Positions 19,475 through 30,389 of a stretch of 64,000 bases of DNA are shown here, one piece after another. A model generated the notes under the pieces. That model saw only the letters and a program-made list of their open reading frames with translations, searched no databases and had not been told where the DNA came from. The stretch lies in the NCBI GenBank assembly GCA_963668675.2, contig CAXXMB010000002.1:256001-320000 (forward strand), given 5' to 3'. The stretch's first letter is position 1, and each line of letters starts with the position of its first letter. The position numbers and the translations under genes are program-made. This stretch comes from an uncultured Desulfatitalea sp. (lineage in GTDB: Bacteria > Desulfobacterota > Desulfobacteria > Desulfobacterales > Desulfosarcinaceae).

Positions 19475-20656
19475 CTACATTGAAGAAAAAACCTCATCCA
19501 GACACGTCAACAACCCGTCGATCTCTTCCCGGCTGATGATCAGCGGCGGGGCGAAGCGCAGAATGTTATCCTGAATACAATTGACCAGATAGCCCTTTCC
19601 CATGCAGGCCTCAACCATTGGGGTTCCGGGCTGGTCCAATCGTGCACCGACTAGAAGCCCCTTTCCACGCACATCCTGAATGGTGGCATGCCTGGATTTG
19701 AGTCTCTCCAAACCATCTCTCAGATAAGCACCTTTTGCTTCGACATCATCGAGAACACCCTCTTCCGTCAACAGCTTGAGGACCTTCAATGCCACGGATG
19801 TCACCAGAGGCGTCCCCCCGAAGGTGCTGGCGTGTGTTCCGGGTACAAACGCCGAAGCGGCCTTTGCGTTGGCCAACATGGCGCCGATGGGCAACCCGTT
19901 GCCCAACGCCTTGGCCAACGTCATAATATCCGGAGCAATGTCAAAATGCTCGTAGGCGAAGAGTTTGCCGGTACGCCCAATACCGGTCTGCACTTCGTCG
20001 AAAATCAACAGGCATCCGGTCTCATCGCACAGCTTGCGCACCTGGGCCAGGTACTCCTGCTGCGGCACGACCACTCCCCCCTCGCCCTGGATCGGTTCGA
20101 GTATCACCGCACAGGTGGAGGGGCCAATGGCGCAGGAGAGCTCTTCGATGTCATTGAAAGAGACAAAATCGAATCCTTCCAGGATCGGATCGAACCCCTT
20201 GCGCACCTTCTCCTGCCCGGTGGCCGACAGCGTCGCCATGGTACGGCCGTGAAAAGACTGCTTCATGCTCACTACCCGGTAGCGCTCAGGTGCGCCATTC
20301 TCCTTGAAATAACGGCGCGCCATCTTGATGGCCGCCTCGTTGGCCTCGGCCCCACTGTTGCAGAAAAAAACCCGGTCGGCAAAGCTGTGGCCAGTCAGCC
20401 AGGCCGCCAGCTCCGCCTGGGGCTGGGTGTAGTAAAGATTGGAGACATGCCACAAAGTGCTCGCCTGTGTGGTCAATGTCTCAACCAGCGCCGGGTGGGA
20501 ATGCCCCAGATTGCATACGGCAATCCCGGCAATAAAATCCACGTACTCCCGCCCCTGATCGTCCCAAAGCTTACATCCTTGCCCCTTTACGAGAGCCAGT
20601 GGGTAGCGTGCATAGGTATTGGCGATGTGCTTGTCTGCTTTCTGCTTGATATCCAT
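19475..20656 (-). CDS. argD: Acetylornithine aminotransferase
   Basis: NSGAEANEAA.K, SFHGRT, EPIQGEGG, DEVQTG.GRTG, LAKALGNG. Confidence 0.95.
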   Translation of the reverse strand: MDIKQKADKHIANTYARYPLALVKGQGCKLWDDQGREYVDFIAGIAVCNLGHSHPALVETLTTQASTLWHVSNLYYTQPQAELAAWLTGHSFADRVFFCNSGAEANEAAIKMARRYFKENGAPERYRVVSMKQSFHGRTMATLSATGQEKVRKGFDPILEGFDFVSFNDIEELSCAIGPSTCAVILEPIQGEGGVVVPQQEYLAQVRKLCDETGCLLIFDEVQTGIGRTGKLFAYEHFDIAPDIMTLAKALGNGLPIGAMLANAKAASAFVPGTHASTFGGTPLVTSVALKVLKLLTEEGVLDDVEAKGAYLRDGLERLKSRHATIQDVRGKGLLVGARLDQPGTPMVEACMGKGYLVNCIQDNILRFAPPLIISREEIDGLLTCLDEVFSSM

Positions 20657-20699
20657 AGGAGCCTCAATGACCGCTGCCCACGCGGTCGTTCTGATGAAA

Positions 20700-20816
20700 C
20701 GTGTCCATTAGAAAATCCCCCTAAATCCCCCTTTTTCAAAGGGGGATTTTCGATTTCTGCAAACTAAAACTTTTCTTCAAAAAACAAAGTTTTTCTATAC
20801 CTATTGATAGGCACGA
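20700..20816. repeat. Palindromic intergenic element
   Basis: aaatccccct-aaatcccccttt-ttc-aaagggggattt hairpin plus aaaacttt...aaagtttt; weakly inverted ends. Confidence 0.55.
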
Positions 20817-20879
20817 TGTAAGAATTTCGAAAAGGCTGCGGCCGTGCCTGGCAGCATGATGCACCGCTTCTCGGCAGCC

Positions 20880-21773
20880 TTACCGCAGGGTGACTTCGGT
20901 CCCGATCCCCTCATCCGTAAACAGCTCCAGCAAAATCGCATGCCGCCGCTTGCCGTTAATGATGGGGACCTTTTTCACTCCACCCTTGAGGGCCTCCAGC
21001 GCACACTCGATCTTTGGAATCATGCCACCGGTAATGTGCTGGCTGTCTATCATCTCCTTGATCTTGGTGGCATCGATGGAGGAGATGAGCTTATCCTGTT
21101 TGTCCAGCACACCGTCCACGTCCGTCATCAGCATCAAGCGGCCGGCGTTGAGGGCCATGGCGATATGGCTGGCCACCAAATCGGCATTGATGTTGTACGT
21201 TTCCCCCTTTTCGCCTACCCCCACAGGTGCGATGATAGGGATAAAACCCTCTCTGGTCAGGGTGTGGATAATGGCCGGGTTGATGCGCGTTACCCGACCA
21301 ACCATGCCGGGATCTATAATCTCCGGGGGTTTGGTGGCATCTTCCTGGAAGACGATCTGCATCTTTTCCGCCTGGATCAAACCGCCGTCCTTGCCGCTCA
21401 ATCCGACGGCCCTGACACCCTGCTGATTGATCTGGGCCACAATCGATTTGTTCACCTTGCCCCCCAACACCATCTCCACCACATCCATGGTGGGACCATC
21501 GGTCATGCGCATGCCGCGCACGAATTTGGGGCGGATCCCCATCTGATCCAATACCGTGTTGATCTGCGGCCCACCGCCATGAACGACCACCGGATGGATG
21601 CCAATGAATTTGAGCAGCGAGATGTCCCTGGCAAAATCCTCCTTCAACTGCTCGTCCACCATGGCATGCCCGCCATACTTGATCACCATGGTCATGCCGG
21701 CAAAGCTGCGGATATAGGGCAAGGCCTCGATCAGAATCTCGGCAACGGAGGTTTTGGGGATATGGGTTTCCAT
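20880..21773 (-). CDS. argB: Acetylglutamate kinase
   Basis: [29 protein letters not shown]. Confidence 0.96.
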   Translation of the reverse strand: METHIPKTSVAEILIEALPYIRSFAGMTMVIKYGGHAMVDEQLKEDFARDISLLKFIGIHPVVVHGGGPQINTVLDQMGIRPKFVRGMRMTDGPTMDVVEMVLGGKVNKSIVAQINQQGVRAVGLSGKDGGLIQAEKMQIVFQEDATKPPEIIDPGMVGRVTRINPAIIHTLTREGFIPIIAPVGVGEKGETYNINADLVASHIAMALNAGRLMLMTDVDGVLDKQDKLISSIDATKIKEMIDSQHITGGMIPKIECALEALKGGVKKVPIINGKRRHAILLELFTDEGIGTEVTLR

Positions 21774-21820
21774 ATTTTGTTCTTTCAAATAAGTTTGGCT
21801 TAAGAGAAAAGACCGTACAA

Positions 21821-21977
21821 ATAAAAGTAGTATAAAAGAAAGAAAGTATGAAAGTTTAAAGTGAGGGTATTCTGTCTGATTTTGGCGTTTCTAAATCAAA
21901 GCCGCTACACCAAAAAAACCTAATAATCCAATCACTTAACTTTCCTACTTTCATACCCTTATACTTTCTTACTTCTA
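21821..21977. repeat. Inverted arrays of imperfect 8-mer (AAAGT-NNN) repeats
   Basis: Left aaagtag..aaagtatg-aaagttt-aaagtga; right actttcct-actttcat-accctt-atactttctt-acttcta, ending in the hslU stop. Confidence 0.7.
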
Positions 21978-23348
21978 TAAAATATACCGGCTCAGATCCT
22001 CGTCCTCTTTCACCGCTTCGAGTTTGGCGTCCACATAGGCCGCGTCTACAACCAATTGTGACAGATCTCTTTGAGGTGCGTCGAAAAGCACATCTTCCAA
22101 CAGATACTCCATCAGGGTATGCAGACGACGCGCGCCGATATTGTCGGTGCGCTCATTGACCTCTTCTGCAATGGCAGCGATGCGTTCAATGGCGTCTTCG
22201 CTGAATTCGAGTACGACACCATCGGTTTTGAGCAAGGCAACGTATTGCAGCACCAATGCATTGCGCGGCTCCCTCAAAATACGGGCAAACTCTTCGCGCC
22301 CCAGGGCATCGAGTTCAACCCGGATGGGAAACCGCCCCTGCAGCTCCGGTATGAGATCCGAAGGCTTGATGGCGTGGAAAGCCCCCGATGCGATGAAGAG
22401 GATGTGGTCCGAGCGCACAGGGCCGTATTTGGTGTTGACCGAACTGCCTTCGACGATGGGCAGCAGGTCGCGTTGCACCCCCTCACGCGAGACGTCCGGG
22501 CCCTGCCCCTGGTTCTTGGCCACGATCTTGTCGATCTCATCGAGGAAGATGATGCCCGACTCTTCGACCTTGGCTATTGCGGCACGGACCACCTTGTCCA
22601 TGTCGATGAGGTTTTGCGCCTCCTCCTGGGCCATGATCTCGATCGCCTCGGGCACCTTGACTTTTCGCCGCTTCACATTCTTGGGCAGCAGTCCGCCGAG
22701 CATGTCCTTGAAATTGATTCCCATCTCCTCCATACCCACGTTGGAGAAGATCTCCACCATGGGGCCGGAGCGGTCGGGCAGATCGAGATCCACGTACCGG
22801 TTATCCAGCTTGCCGCCATGGAGCATGCGGCGCAGCTTATCCCGGGTGGAGGGGTGCTCCTCCCCGGCGGGAGGAACGACCTCCAGGGCCGTCTCCCCGG
22901 GGCCTTCATGTCTGGCCGGATCATGGCTGCCAGATTTAGGCAGCAGCAGGTCCAGCATGCGCTCCTCGGCAATGGTACGTGCCTTCTCCTGGACCGCCTC
23001 CTGCTCACTTTGTCTCTCGGCGTTGACCGTCAATTCCACCAAGTCTCGCACCATCGATTCCACATCGCGGCCCACATACCCCACCTCGGTAAATTTGGAG
23101 GCTTCCACCTTGTAAAACGGCGAATCGGTCATGAGCGACAACCGGCGGGCGATTTCAGTTTTCCCCACCCCGGTCGGGCCGATCAGGATGATGTTCTTGG
23201 GTGCGATCTCATCGCGCAGCTCCTCCGGCACCTGTCTGCGGCGCCAACGGTTGCGCAGGGCGATGGCCACCGACCGCTTGGCCTTGTCCTGGCCGATGAT
23301 GTAACGATCGAGCTCGGCAACGATTTCAAACGGTTTCAGATCCTGCAT
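21975..23348 (-). CDS. hslU: ATP-dependent protease ATPase subunit
   Basis: [46 protein letters not shown]. Confidence 0.97.
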   Translation of the reverse strand: MQDLKPFEIVAELDRYIIGQDKAKRSVAIALRNRWRRRQVPEELRDEIAPKNIILIGPTGVGKTEIARRLSLMTDSPFYKVEASKFTEVGYVGRDVESMVRDLVELTVNAERQSEQEAVQEKARTIAEERMLDLLLPKSGSHDPARHEGPGETALEVVPPAGEEHPSTRDKLRRMLHGGKLDNRYVDLDLPDRSGPMVEIFSNVGMEEMGINFKDMLGGLLPKNVKRRKVKVPEAIEIMAQEEAQNLIDMDKVVRAAIAKVEESGIIFLDEIDKIVAKNQGQGPDVSREGVQRDLLPIVEGSSVNTKYGPVRSDHILFIASGAFHAIKPSDLIPELQGRFPIRVELDALGREEFARILREPRNALVLQYVALLKTDGVVLEFSEDAIERIAAIAEEVNERTDNIGARRLHTLMEYLLEDVLFDAPQRDLSQLVVDAAYVDAKLEAVKEDEDLSRYIL

Positions 23349-23898
23349 CGTATGTTAACTCTTCGATGGTTAAATGGTCATTGGTAAAGACGCACAGCCC
23401 GCAGGCGATCTGCATGGCAGCCTCAGCCACCTGGCGGGCATCCAGGGCCGAGTGCCTCAGCAGCGCCATGGCCGCAGCCTGGGCCGCCACCCCGCCTGAG
23501 CCGATGCCGATCACCCCCTCATCCGGTTCGATAACGTCACCCGTTCCCGATATCAGGAAAAGCTTTTGGGGATCGGCCGCCAGCATAAGGGCCTCCAGGC
23601 GCCGCAGCATCTTATCGGTTCGCCAGTCGCGCGCCAACTCAACGGCACTGCGGGTCAGGTTGCCATTATAGCGTTCGAGCTTGGCTTCCAGCCGTTCGGA
23701 AAGATTCATGGCATCCGCCGTTGCACCGGCAAATCCGACCACGATGCGATCGTTATAAATCCTGCGGACTTTGCGGGCCCGGTGCTTGATCACCGTATTG
23801 TTCATAGTAACCTGTCCGTCGCCCGCCAGGACGACCCTTCCCTGGTGCCGCAGGGCCAGAATCGTTGTGCCGTGGAAGAGGTTGTCCGTATGTGACAT
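23326..23898 (-). CDS. hslV: ATP-dependent protease peptidase subunit
   Basis: [27 protein letters not shown]. Confidence 0.96.
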   Translation of the reverse strand: MSHTDNLFHGTTILALRHQGRVVLAGDGQVTMNNTVIKHRARKVRRIYNDRIVVGFAGATADAMNLSERLEAKLERYNGNLTRSAVELARDWRTDKMLRRLEALMLAADPQKLFLISGTGDVIEPDEGVIGIGSGGVAAQAAAMALLRHSALDARQVAEAAMQIACGLCVFTNDHLTIEELTYDAGSETV

Positions 23899-23924
23899 GG
23901 CTGCCTGCCTTCCGGTTGTTAAAA

Positions 23925-24845
23925 TCAGCGTCGCGGATGGGCTTTGTCATAAGCGGCCATCAGCCGGTCGATGCTGACATGGGTGTATCGCTGAGTAGTG
24001 GAGAGGCTGCGGTGCCCCAGCAGTTCTTGAACCGATCGCAGATCCGCCCCCGCATCGAGCAGATGGGTGGCAAACGAGTGGCGCAGTGCATGGGGTGACA
24101 CTGATATTTGCAAACCGCAGGCACGTGCGAATTTATCAACCACCCGGGCAATGGAACGTGTGGTCAGCCGCCCCAGGTCTTTATTGAGAAACAGCGCGCC
24201 GTTGTCGCCCACCACGCCCGCCAACGCACTGCGGTAGGCTCGAAGCGCATCGACAGCTTTCTGACCAATGGGAACGATCCGCTCCTTGTTTCCTTTGCCC
24301 AGCACGCGCATAACGCCCCTCTGCAGATCCACATCAGCCACATCGAGACTGGCCAGTTCGGAGACACGCACACCGCCTGAGTACAGGGCCTCCAGTATGG
24401 CCCGGTTGCGTAACCCCAGGATGTCGTCAGATGGGATGGCGTTCAGGAGCCTGAACATGTCGTCGACCGAGAGGTAGTTGGGTATCGGTTTGCCATGCTT
24501 GGGCGTCGGCAGGCTCTCGGCCGGGTTGTCGACCACTACCCCAAGGCGGCCCAGGTGTCTGAAGAATGAACGAACGGACGCCAGCTTGCGAGCAATGGTG
24601 GTTTTGCGGTTTCGACCGTGAAGAGAGGCCAGATAGCCACGCAACTGCAGATCGTCCACCTGATCCACCCGCAACGCCAGCCGGCGGGAGTCGTGACTCG
24701 GATGGGACACATCGCCGGCCATGAATTCCACCAACTCTTCAAGATCGTGGCGATAGGCTCTCAAGGTGTGGGCCGAATATCCTTTCTCGGCAGCCAGACT
24801 CTCGATGAAGCGGTCTATAGATCCGAGCAGCAGGTCGGATTCCAC
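23925..24845 (-). CDS. xerC: Tyrosine recombinase XerC
   Basis: RVSEL, GKGNKER, HALRHSFATHLL, LLGH.SLSTTQRYTH; xerC-hslVU order. Confidence 0.92.
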   Translation of the reverse strand: MESDLLLGSIDRFIESLAAEKGYSAHTLRAYRHDLEELVEFMAGDVSHPSHDSRRLALRVDQVDDLQLRGYLASLHGRNRKTTIARKLASVRSFFRHLGRLGVVVDNPAESLPTPKHGKPIPNYLSVDDMFRLLNAIPSDDILGLRNRAILEALYSGGVRVSELASLDVADVDLQRGVMRVLGKGNKERIVPIGQKAVDALRAYRSALAGVVGDNGALFLNKDLGRLTTRSIARVVDKFARACGLQISVSPHALRHSFATHLLDAGADLRSVQELLGHRSLSTTQRYTHVSIDRLMAAYDKAHPRR

Positions 24846-24876
24846 CGTTTTCCCATGCTCCCCTTGGTTGCGGGTC

Positions 24877-25203
24877 TTAAGCGGCTCTGCGTGATTTCTT
24901 CTTCAGCCGGGATATTTGACGCCGGTATCGGGCCGACAAATCCTTGTCTTTGGCCGCCAACGCTTCATTGCGTTTTGCTTTGAGCCCCTGGATCTTGCTC
25001 TTGATCTCCTTGGTCGATGCGCCGGCCTTGGTTTTGGGAGAGTCGGTAATCCCCCGCACCTCTTTGATGACCTCAAGCAGTTCGGATTTGTTCATACCGT
25101 GAACGCCAACGATATTTTCGATCTGCAGTGCGACCTCGCGCAACTCCTTAACGGTCATTTTGTCGATCGGTTTCTCTTTTACAGCCTTTTTCTTTTCCCC
25201 CAT
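24877..25203 (-). CDS. Small basic protein with Rho N-terminal-like domain
   Basis: KMTVKELREVA...VHGMNKSELL; Lys-rich tail; GGAG RBS. Confidence 0.75.
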   Translation of the reverse strand: MGEKKKAVKEKPIDKMTVKELREVALQIENIVGVHGMNKSELLEVIKEVRGITDSPKTKAGASTKEIKSKIQGLKAKRNEALAAKDKDLSARYRRQISRLKKKSRRAA

Positions 25204-25472
25204 TTCGATCGCGTCTCCTTTCCGGTCGTATGTCTTAAAGCAGCAGCGGAGGCTTCCTGAGCCTCCGCCAAAAAATCAAACCGCGCGGGGCGCCCATTTA
25301 TAGAATGGCCAGGCCGGCTATTCACTCCTAACTACGCGTCTCATCAGGCGCTTCAGCTTGGCTACCGTGGGGCCACGGCTCCTTATTAAAAACGTTTTAG
25401 ATAGCCTATACGGCAATGAAATGTCAATGTTATTGGCAACACTTACCCAAAAAAAGGGGGCGCCGGCTATTT

Positions 25473-26222
25473 CTACTCCTTCTTTTTCTCCATGAATATC
25501 CTGAACAGATCAATGGGCAGGGGAAAGATGGTGGTGGAGTTGTTCTCCGATGCCATCTCGCGCATGGTCTGCAGATAGCGCAACTGCATGGCCATGGGGT
25601 GGTCGGCTATGATCTGGGCGGCCTCGGCCAGCCGGTCGGCGGCCTGATACTCACCCTCGGCATTGATCACCTTGGCCCGGCGCTCACGCTCGGCCTCGGC
25701 TTGCTTGGCCATGGCGCGCTGCATCTCAGCAGGCAGATCGATGTGTTTCAACTCAACATTGGCCACCTTGATACCCCATGGGTCGGTATGGGTGTCCAGA
25801 ATCTCCTGAAGCTGGGAATTGATCTTCTCCCGGTCCGACAGAAGCTCATCCAATTCGGCCTGTCCGCATACACTGCGCAGGGTGGTCTGGGCCAGTTGCG
25901 ACATGGCATAGCCGTAATTCTCCACCTCCACAATCGCCTTGGTGGGGTCGATGACCCTGAAGTAGATCACCGCATTCACTTTGACCGACACGTTGTCGCG
26001 TGTGATCACATCCTGGGGATCGACATCCATGGCCACCAGGCGCATGCTCACGCGCTGCATGCGATCGACCACAGGTATCAGAATGATCAATCCCGGTCCC
26101 TTGGCCTTGATGACCCGTCCAAGACGGAAGATGACGCCGCGTTCATATTCATTTAACACTTTGATAGCCGTCCACAAAAAGAGCAGGACGAGAACAACAA
26201 TGGTTACCAGGGGTGCAATCAT
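25473..26222 (-). CDS. SPFH/slipin (stomatin-like) protein
   Basis: [37 protein letters not shown]. Confidence 0.93.
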   Translation of the reverse strand: MIAPLVTIVVLVLLFLWTAIKVLNEYERGVIFRLGRVIKAKGPGLIILIPVVDRMQRVSMRLVAMDVDPQDVITRDNVSVKVNAVIYFRVIDPTKAIVEVENYGYAMSQLAQTTLRSVCGQAELDELLSDREKINSQLQEILDTHTDPWGIKVANVELKHIDLPAEMQRAMAKQAEAERERRAKVINAEGEYQAADRLAEAAQIIADHPMAMQLRYLQTMREMASENNSTTIFPLPIDLFRIFMEKKKE

Positions 26223-26331
26223 GGCAAGCCTCCCTTTTCATATGGATCGCTTTATCGATCTATCGTTTTTTCTGCGATCCGCGCGGAGCCTGGGTACGCT
26301 CAACGAATCGCTGCCAGGGTACTATTAGGTA

Positions 26332-27624
26332 CTACACATCCTCTTTAACGGGGACAACCGTGACGGTGAGCCGCTCTACGGCCTGAACGGTCACTTTGGC
26401 GCCGACGGCTGCCGGCTCTTGAAAACGGGCTTTCCAGAGCTCACCGTGGACCTGCACTCTGCCCTCCTTCCCATTTGCCTTCTTGACCACGCCCACCTCT
26501 CCCACGAGCCCCTCGGGGCCACCGAACGGTTGATGGGTGTGGGCCCGGACAACCAGGGTCACAACGGCGACGAAGAAACCGGATATAACCAGAACCGTTG
26601 GAACCAACAGCTGCCACGCCACCTGAAACTGGGGACCGGCGCCTTTGAACAGCATGAGGGATCCGAGCACCAGGCTCAACACCCCGGCCACGCTGAGCAT
26701 GCCGTAACTGGTCACCTTCAGCTCCAGTATGAAAAATATCACCGATAAAACAATCAAGAGGATTCCGGCAATGTTCACCGGAAGGGTTTGAAACGAAAAA
26801 AACGCCAGAATCAAAGCAATGGCACCGATAACGCCCGGAAAAATCGCGCCCGGCTGGGAAAGCTCGAAGTAGAGCCCCGCCAAACCAATCATGAAAAGAA
26901 TGTAGGCAATATTGGGATCGCTGATCACCTTGAGGATTTTGGTGCGCAAGTTAGGCTCGATCTCGGTAATGCCGGCACCGGCTACCTTTAAAGGCCCTTT
27001 GCCTTGGATCTCCCGCCCGTCGATTTTGGCGATCAACTCCTCCAGATCCTTGGCAATCAAATCGACGACATTGAGCTTAAGTGCCTCCTCTGCGGTAACA
27101 GACACGCTTTCGCGGACCGCCTTTTCAGCCCACTCCGCATTGCGCCCACGCCGCTCGGCGATCCCCTTTGTAAAGGCCACCAGGTCGTTGGTTACCTTTT
27201 CCGTCATGGTCTTTTCCATCTCTTTACCGCCGCCGGCAACCGGATGGGCCGCGCCAATGTTGGTGCCCGGTGCCATGGCGGCAATATCGCCAGCCATGGT
27301 GATCATCACGCCGGCCGATGCCGCCCGGGCACCACTGGGCGTTACATAGACCACGACAGGGATCTGACAGGCGTAGATGGCTTGTACGATCTTACGCATC
27401 GACTCGACCGCACCTCCCGGCGTGTCCAGCTGAATGATGAGACAGGCGGCCTGGCCTTCGGTGGCCGCCTCGATGGCGTCCTCCAAAAATTCAGCCACCC
27501 CCGGGCCGATGGGATCGGCCACAGTGACCGTCATCACCTGGACGCCGTCATCCGCATCAGCCGCCAAAGCGACACCCGTTGCCAGAAGAACGCCAATTAC
27601 AATCCAAACTGCAATCCAACGCAT
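26332..27624 (-). CDS. nfeD: NfeD membrane-bound serine protease (long form)
   Basis: LDTPGG, AASAG, TNIGAAHPV, TM region, C-terminal VHGELWKA. Confidence 0.92.
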   Translation of the reverse strand: MRWIAVWIVIGVLLATGVALAADADDGVQVMTVTVADPIGPGVAEFLEDAIEAATEGQAACLIIQLDTPGGAVESMRKIVQAIYACQIPVVVYVTPSGARAASAGVMITMAGDIAAMAPGTNIGAAHPVAGGGKEMEKTMTEKVTNDLVAFTKGIAERRGRNAEWAEKAVRESVSVTAEEALKLNVVDLIAKDLEELIAKIDGREIQGKGPLKVAGAGITEIEPNLRTKILKVISDPNIAYILFMIGLAGLYFELSQPGAIFPGVIGAIALILAFFSFQTLPVNIAGILLIVLSVIFFILELKVTSYGMLSVAGVLSLVLGSLMLFKGAGPQFQVAWQLLVPTVLVISGFFVAVVTLVVRAHTHQPFGGPEGLVGEVGVVKKANGKEGRVQVHGELWKARFQEPAAVGAKVTVQAVERLTVTVVPVKEDV

Positions 27625-27795
27625 GAAACATCTCCTCTGCTATTCGCCAACCCGATCACCCATCGATCTGGTCATCACCGATCGGATGGTTATCGGAACA
27701 GGGAAGCCTTGGATACCGGCAAGCACTCCTCGTTCCGAAATGCGTCCGGTTCCTGTTCCAATCTCCATCGGGAATCCAGGTTCATTTGGTTCATT

Positions 27796-28518
27796 TTACA
27801 GCGGGATACGCAATAAAGCCATGATCTTTTTCATGTCATCCCATACGAGCCGTTTCTGATCCGGCTCTCTCAAGAGGTAGGCAGGATGGTAGGTCGGCAT
27901 CACCTTTATGCCGTCATATTCGTGAAAACGGCCCCTGAGACGGGAGACCGCCTGGTCGGTGTCCAACAACACCTTTGTAGCTACGCTACCAAGGGTGCAG
28001 ATCACCTTGGGTGCAACCGCTTTGATCTGACGATCGAGGAAGGGGCGACATGTCTGGATCTCGACAGGCTCGGGATTTCGGTTATCTGGGGGACGGCACT
28101 TGACCACATTGCAGATGTACACCTGGTCCCGGGTCAGATGCATGGCCTCTATGATCCGTGTCAAAAGCTGTCCGGCGGGCCCTACGAAGGGCTTTCCGCT
28201 GCGGTCCTCTTCCTGTCCGGGTCCCTCCCCAACGAACATCAGCTCAGCCTTCGGATCGCCTTCGCCGAAGACGAGGTGGGTTCGTTTGGCACTCAACCCG
28301 CACCGGGTACACTCGCCAAGATCGCTGCGAATGGCATCGAGCTCCTCGCCAACGGCTTGGGCATCCATCGGATCGGTCCACTTTTTCAGGATGGCCAATG
28401 ATTGAGGTGAACAGTCGAATCCGCGGCATCCCCACTTGGACAACTGCACCAGGGTGTTGTGCAATGCGCTGAGCGTATGGTCAAGGGTGACAGGAGCTGT
28501 TTTCACGACACGTTCCAC
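27796..28518 (-). CDS. Family 4 uracil-DNA glycosylase
   Basis: CTRC, VGEGPG..ED, PFVG.AG, NVVKCRPP.NR, TYHPAYLLR. Confidence 0.93.
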   Translation of the reverse strand: MERVVKTAPVTLDHTLSALHNTLVQLSKWGCRGFDCSPQSLAILKKWTDPMDAQAVGEELDAIRSDLGECTRCGLSAKRTHLVFGEGDPKAELMFVGEGPGQEEDRSGKPFVGPAGQLLTRIIEAMHLTRDQVYICNVVKCRPPDNRNPEPVEIQTCRPFLDRQIKAVAPKVICTLGSVATKVLLDTDQAVSRLRGRFHEYDGIKVMPTYHPAYLLREPDQKRLVWDDMKKIMALLRIPL

Positions 28519-28522
28519 CTGG

Positions 28523-29740
28523 TCATGCCGGGGTTTCGACAGATGCTATCAAGGCGCAAATGCGATCCAGCACAACGCCAGCAAGGTCGATTTTGGGCAT
28601 CAGCTCGATCTGCTCCTGTCTGCCGTCCCGAAAGAAGAGGGTCGCCCGGTTCGTATCGGCTTGGAAACCTGCCTCCGGTGCACCGATCAGGTTGGCGACA
28701 ATCATATCGAGGTTCTTGGCCTCCAGTTTGGCCTTTGCGTATGAGGCCATATCGTGGGTTTCCGCAGCGAATCCGACCAGAATTTGGCCCTTTTTGCTCG
28801 CCCCCAACGCTTTTAGAATGTCCTGGGTGCGCTCCAGGTTGATGGTCGTTGCGGCGTCCTGCTTCTTGATCTTCAGATCGGAGACCTCAGCCGGCCTGAA
28901 ATCGGCCACGGCCGCTGTCTTGATGATCACCTGATGCGTGTCCATCTCGGCCAAGGCGGCCGAGGCCATCTCGGCAGCGGTGGTGACCTGTATGAGACGA
29001 ACCCCGGCAGGCGGGGCAAGGGCAGTGGGACCGGAGATGAGGGTCACTTCGGCACCGCGCATGGCCGCAGCCTGCGCGATGGCGTACCCCATCTTGCCGG
29101 AGGATGGGTTGGTGATGAAACGCACCGGATCGATGGCTTCCCGCGTTGGGCCGGCCGTGATCAAAACACGCCGCCCGCAAAAATCCTTCGGTTGGAAGAG
29201 CGCCCTGACAGCGTCCATGATGATCGCCGGTTCGGGGAGGCGCCCGGGGCCTACGGTGCCGCACGCCAGCTCGCCGCTCCCTGGCTCAAGGATCTTGTAT
29301 CCGAATGACTTGAGGCGTTCGATATTGTGCTGGACCTGCCGGCTCTGGTACATGTCGGTGTTCATTGCCGGGCAGATCAGAACCGGGCAGGTAACGGCCA
29401 ACATGAAGGTACTCAGCGCGTCGTCGGCGATGCCGGCCGCCAGCTTTCCGATGATGTTGGCCGTCGCCGGGGCGAGAACCACCGCATCCGCCTCTTTGGC
29501 CCAATGGATATGTTGAACAGCCGCTTCATCGGATATTTCGAACAGCGTGCGGCACACCCGCTGTTGACTGAGGGCCTCAAAGGTGATCGGACCGACAAAG
29601 CGGCAAGCGTTCTCCGTCATCAACACCCGGACGAGGGCCTCATCCTTGATGAGCAGACGCACCAGTTCGGCCGCTTTGTATGCGGCGATCCCGCCGGACA
29701 CGCCAAGCACGACACGTTTTCCTGGTATGAAGAACCCCAT
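28523..29740 (-). CDS. coaBC: Phosphopantothenoylcysteine decarboxylase/ligase
   Basis: GGIAAYK, APATAN, PAMN, TAGPTRE.IDPVRF, SSGKMG, GFAAET. Confidence 0.96.
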   Translation of the reverse strand: MGFFIPGKRVVLGVSGGIAAYKAAELVRLLIKDEALVRVLMTENACRFVGPITFEALSQQRVCRTLFEISDEAAVQHIHWAKEADAVVLAPATANIIGKLAAGIADDALSTFMLAVTCPVLICPAMNTDMYQSRQVQHNIERLKSFGYKILEPGSGELACGTVGPGRLPEPAIIMDAVRALFQPKDFCGRRVLITAGPTREAIDPVRFITNPSSGKMGYAIAQAAAMRGAEVTLISGPTALAPPAGVRLIQVTTAAEMASAALAEMDTHQVIIKTAAVADFRPAEVSDLKIKKQDAATTINLERTQDILKALGASKKGQILVGFAAETHDMASYAKAKLEAKNLDMIVANLIGAPEAGFQADTNRATLFFRDGRQEQIELMPKIDLAGVVLDRICALIASVETPA

Positions 29741-29859
29741 ATCCCCCTCTTCTATATAACTCCCGGCGTTGAACATTGAACGTCCGCCGACACCCCTTCG
29801 GCGGATGCACAAGGGGCCACTCTTTTCACGATCCCTCTTTGAACCGGATCGGGCAGTCG

Positions 29860-30360
29860 CTATTTATGCAGTCCGCTCTGCATCGTGGACGTGATCGGTG
29901 CTACCCAGATCTCCACTTTGGTGCTGAAACTGCCGTCCGTAATAGCGATGACGCACCAGCGGGTCTTCTTCTCAAAAACCAGCATCGAGCGTGACGACCG
30001 GAAGGAGCCCACTTTATTCCAGCCGTCCACCGGCATCTTCTTTTCGAAAAAGCCCACAAGGGAATTGGCATCCACGCCACTGCTCATCACCAGAACGCCG
30101 GAGGTCGTACCACCGGTGTTCATCACAAAGGACTCCTTCTTATCAACCTTCAACTCTTTGGGCAGCATCACATCGCCAAAGTCGAGATAGACGTGGGCAT
30201 TCTCCGGTTGAACGGCCGCAGGGGCAGCGGGAGCAGCGGAAGAAGCGTCCTGTTCCTTGGAATCCAGAGTGGAGCACCCGGTCACCAGCAGAAGCACTGC
30301 TGCTGCGCAGATCAATAGCGTTGTTGTTTTTTTGTGTATGGCCATCTTCTTCATCGTCAC
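29860..30360 (-). CDS. Putative lipoprotein
   Basis: Lipobox LVTGC after hydrophobic leader. Confidence 0.75.
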   Translation of the reverse strand: MTMKKMAIHKKTTTLLICAAAVLLLVTGCSTLDSKEQDASSAAPAAPAAVQPENAHVYLDFGDVMLPKELKVDKKESFVMNTGGTTSGVLVMSSGVDANSLVGFFEKKMPVDGWNKVGSFRSSRSMLVFEKKTRWCVIAITDGSFSTKVEIWVAPITSTMQSGLHK

Positions 30361-30389
30361 GCCCTCCTTTGGTCCTGCTTTTTATCCAG

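Noticed and set aside
19298..21977. CRISPR array or DGR template/variable repeats
   Set aside because: Repeats are 7-8 bp and imperfect with no spacer structure; no cas or reverse transcriptase gene in the window
22071..23387. Long antisense ORFs (438 aa here; similar ones opposite argD, argB, dapF, murJ, leuS)
   Set aside because: Shadow frames of GC-rich genes with no recognisable motifs
23925..24845. Phage or ICE integrase
   Set aside because: Sequence and xerC-hslV-hslU context indicate housekeeping XerC
27640..27795. Further MITE copy between udg and nfeD
   Set aside because: Only short similar words (tggataccggc, gggaatccagg) and no terminal inverted repeats
29775..29820. Riboswitch or ribozyme upstream of coaBC (hairpin cgtccgccga...tcggcggatg)
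   Set aside because: Only a single hairpin; no conserved aptamer core recognised
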